From: Thermococcus sp. JdFR-02
GTDB taxonomy: Archaea; Methanobacteriota_B; Thermococci; Thermococcales; Thermococcaceae
Length of the DNA: 64,000 nucleotides
NCBI GenBank assembly: GCA_002009975.1
Contig: MTLP01000032.1
Coordinates: 1-64,000, forward strand
Direction of reading: 5' to 3'
Under the pieces are notes generated by a model. It made no database searches. It saw only the letters and a program-made list of their open reading frames with translations, and was not told where the DNA came from. Both the position numbers and the translations under genes were made by a program. Below are positions 63,881 through 64,000 of this stretch, piece after piece (the stretch's first letter is position 1; each line of letters opens with the position of its first letter).

Positions 63881-64000
63881 AAGCTTCCACCACCTTGAGA
63901 ACTGACCTAGGGTAATCTTTAACGTATCTTTTCAGCACCCTCTTGTCTGCACGTGGAAGATACTCTTTAAAGGTTTTTAAGGCAAGCTCCTTTGAAATAG
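63870..64000 (-). CDS. 3' end of a probable cognate AbiEi-type antitoxin (partial)
   Basis: Open frame ...ISKELALKTFKEYLPRADKRVLKRYVKDYPRSVLKVVEAYEP*, overlapping the toxin start by 11 bp. Function inferred from position. Confidence 0.55.
   Translation of the reverse strand, partial: ISKELALKTFKEYLPRADKRVLKRYVKDYPRSVLKVVEAYEP

Overview
Chromosomal window from an AT-rich Thermococcales archaeon. The assignment rests on GGTG/GGAGG Shine-Dalgarno motifs, TATA promoters, class I LysRS, PAN, RIO2 and PfpI. Positions 1-22 kb are mostly conserved core: a partial GC-rich structured RNA, a degenerate MCM-like protein, lysS, iorB, asparaginase, LipS2, RIO2, PAN, a stand-alone Cas6, lipid-glycosylation genes, dCMP deaminase, an HtpX-like/BlaI-like pair and tRNA-Leu(CAG). 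Positions 22-30.5 kb hold a galactoside cluster (galK, GH57, MFS, GH1, galT) with a translationally coupled Dac-like de-N-acetylase and a GH4 enzyme bearing an atypical Cys-Thr-Gly motif. This is the best candidate for an undescribed system, possibly an alpha-GalNAc/galactosamine pathway (inference only). Positions 34-44 kb form a proline/hydroxyproline super-cluster: two dye-linked proline dehydrogenases, a Pyr2C reductase, a proline racemase and an NSS transporter with an unannotated small subunit. Positions 44-55 kb are housekeeping and stress genes, including a family 4B encapsulin-OsmC pair and an ArcE-like synthetase. Positions 55-64 kb look accessory (AlkD, GNAT, AKR, CoA transferase, YprB exonuclease, AbiE toxin-antitoxin). 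No CRISPR array, rRNA or intact transposase was seen. All product calls come from motif recognition without database searches. Several starts were moved to the codon that follows a ribosome-binding site.
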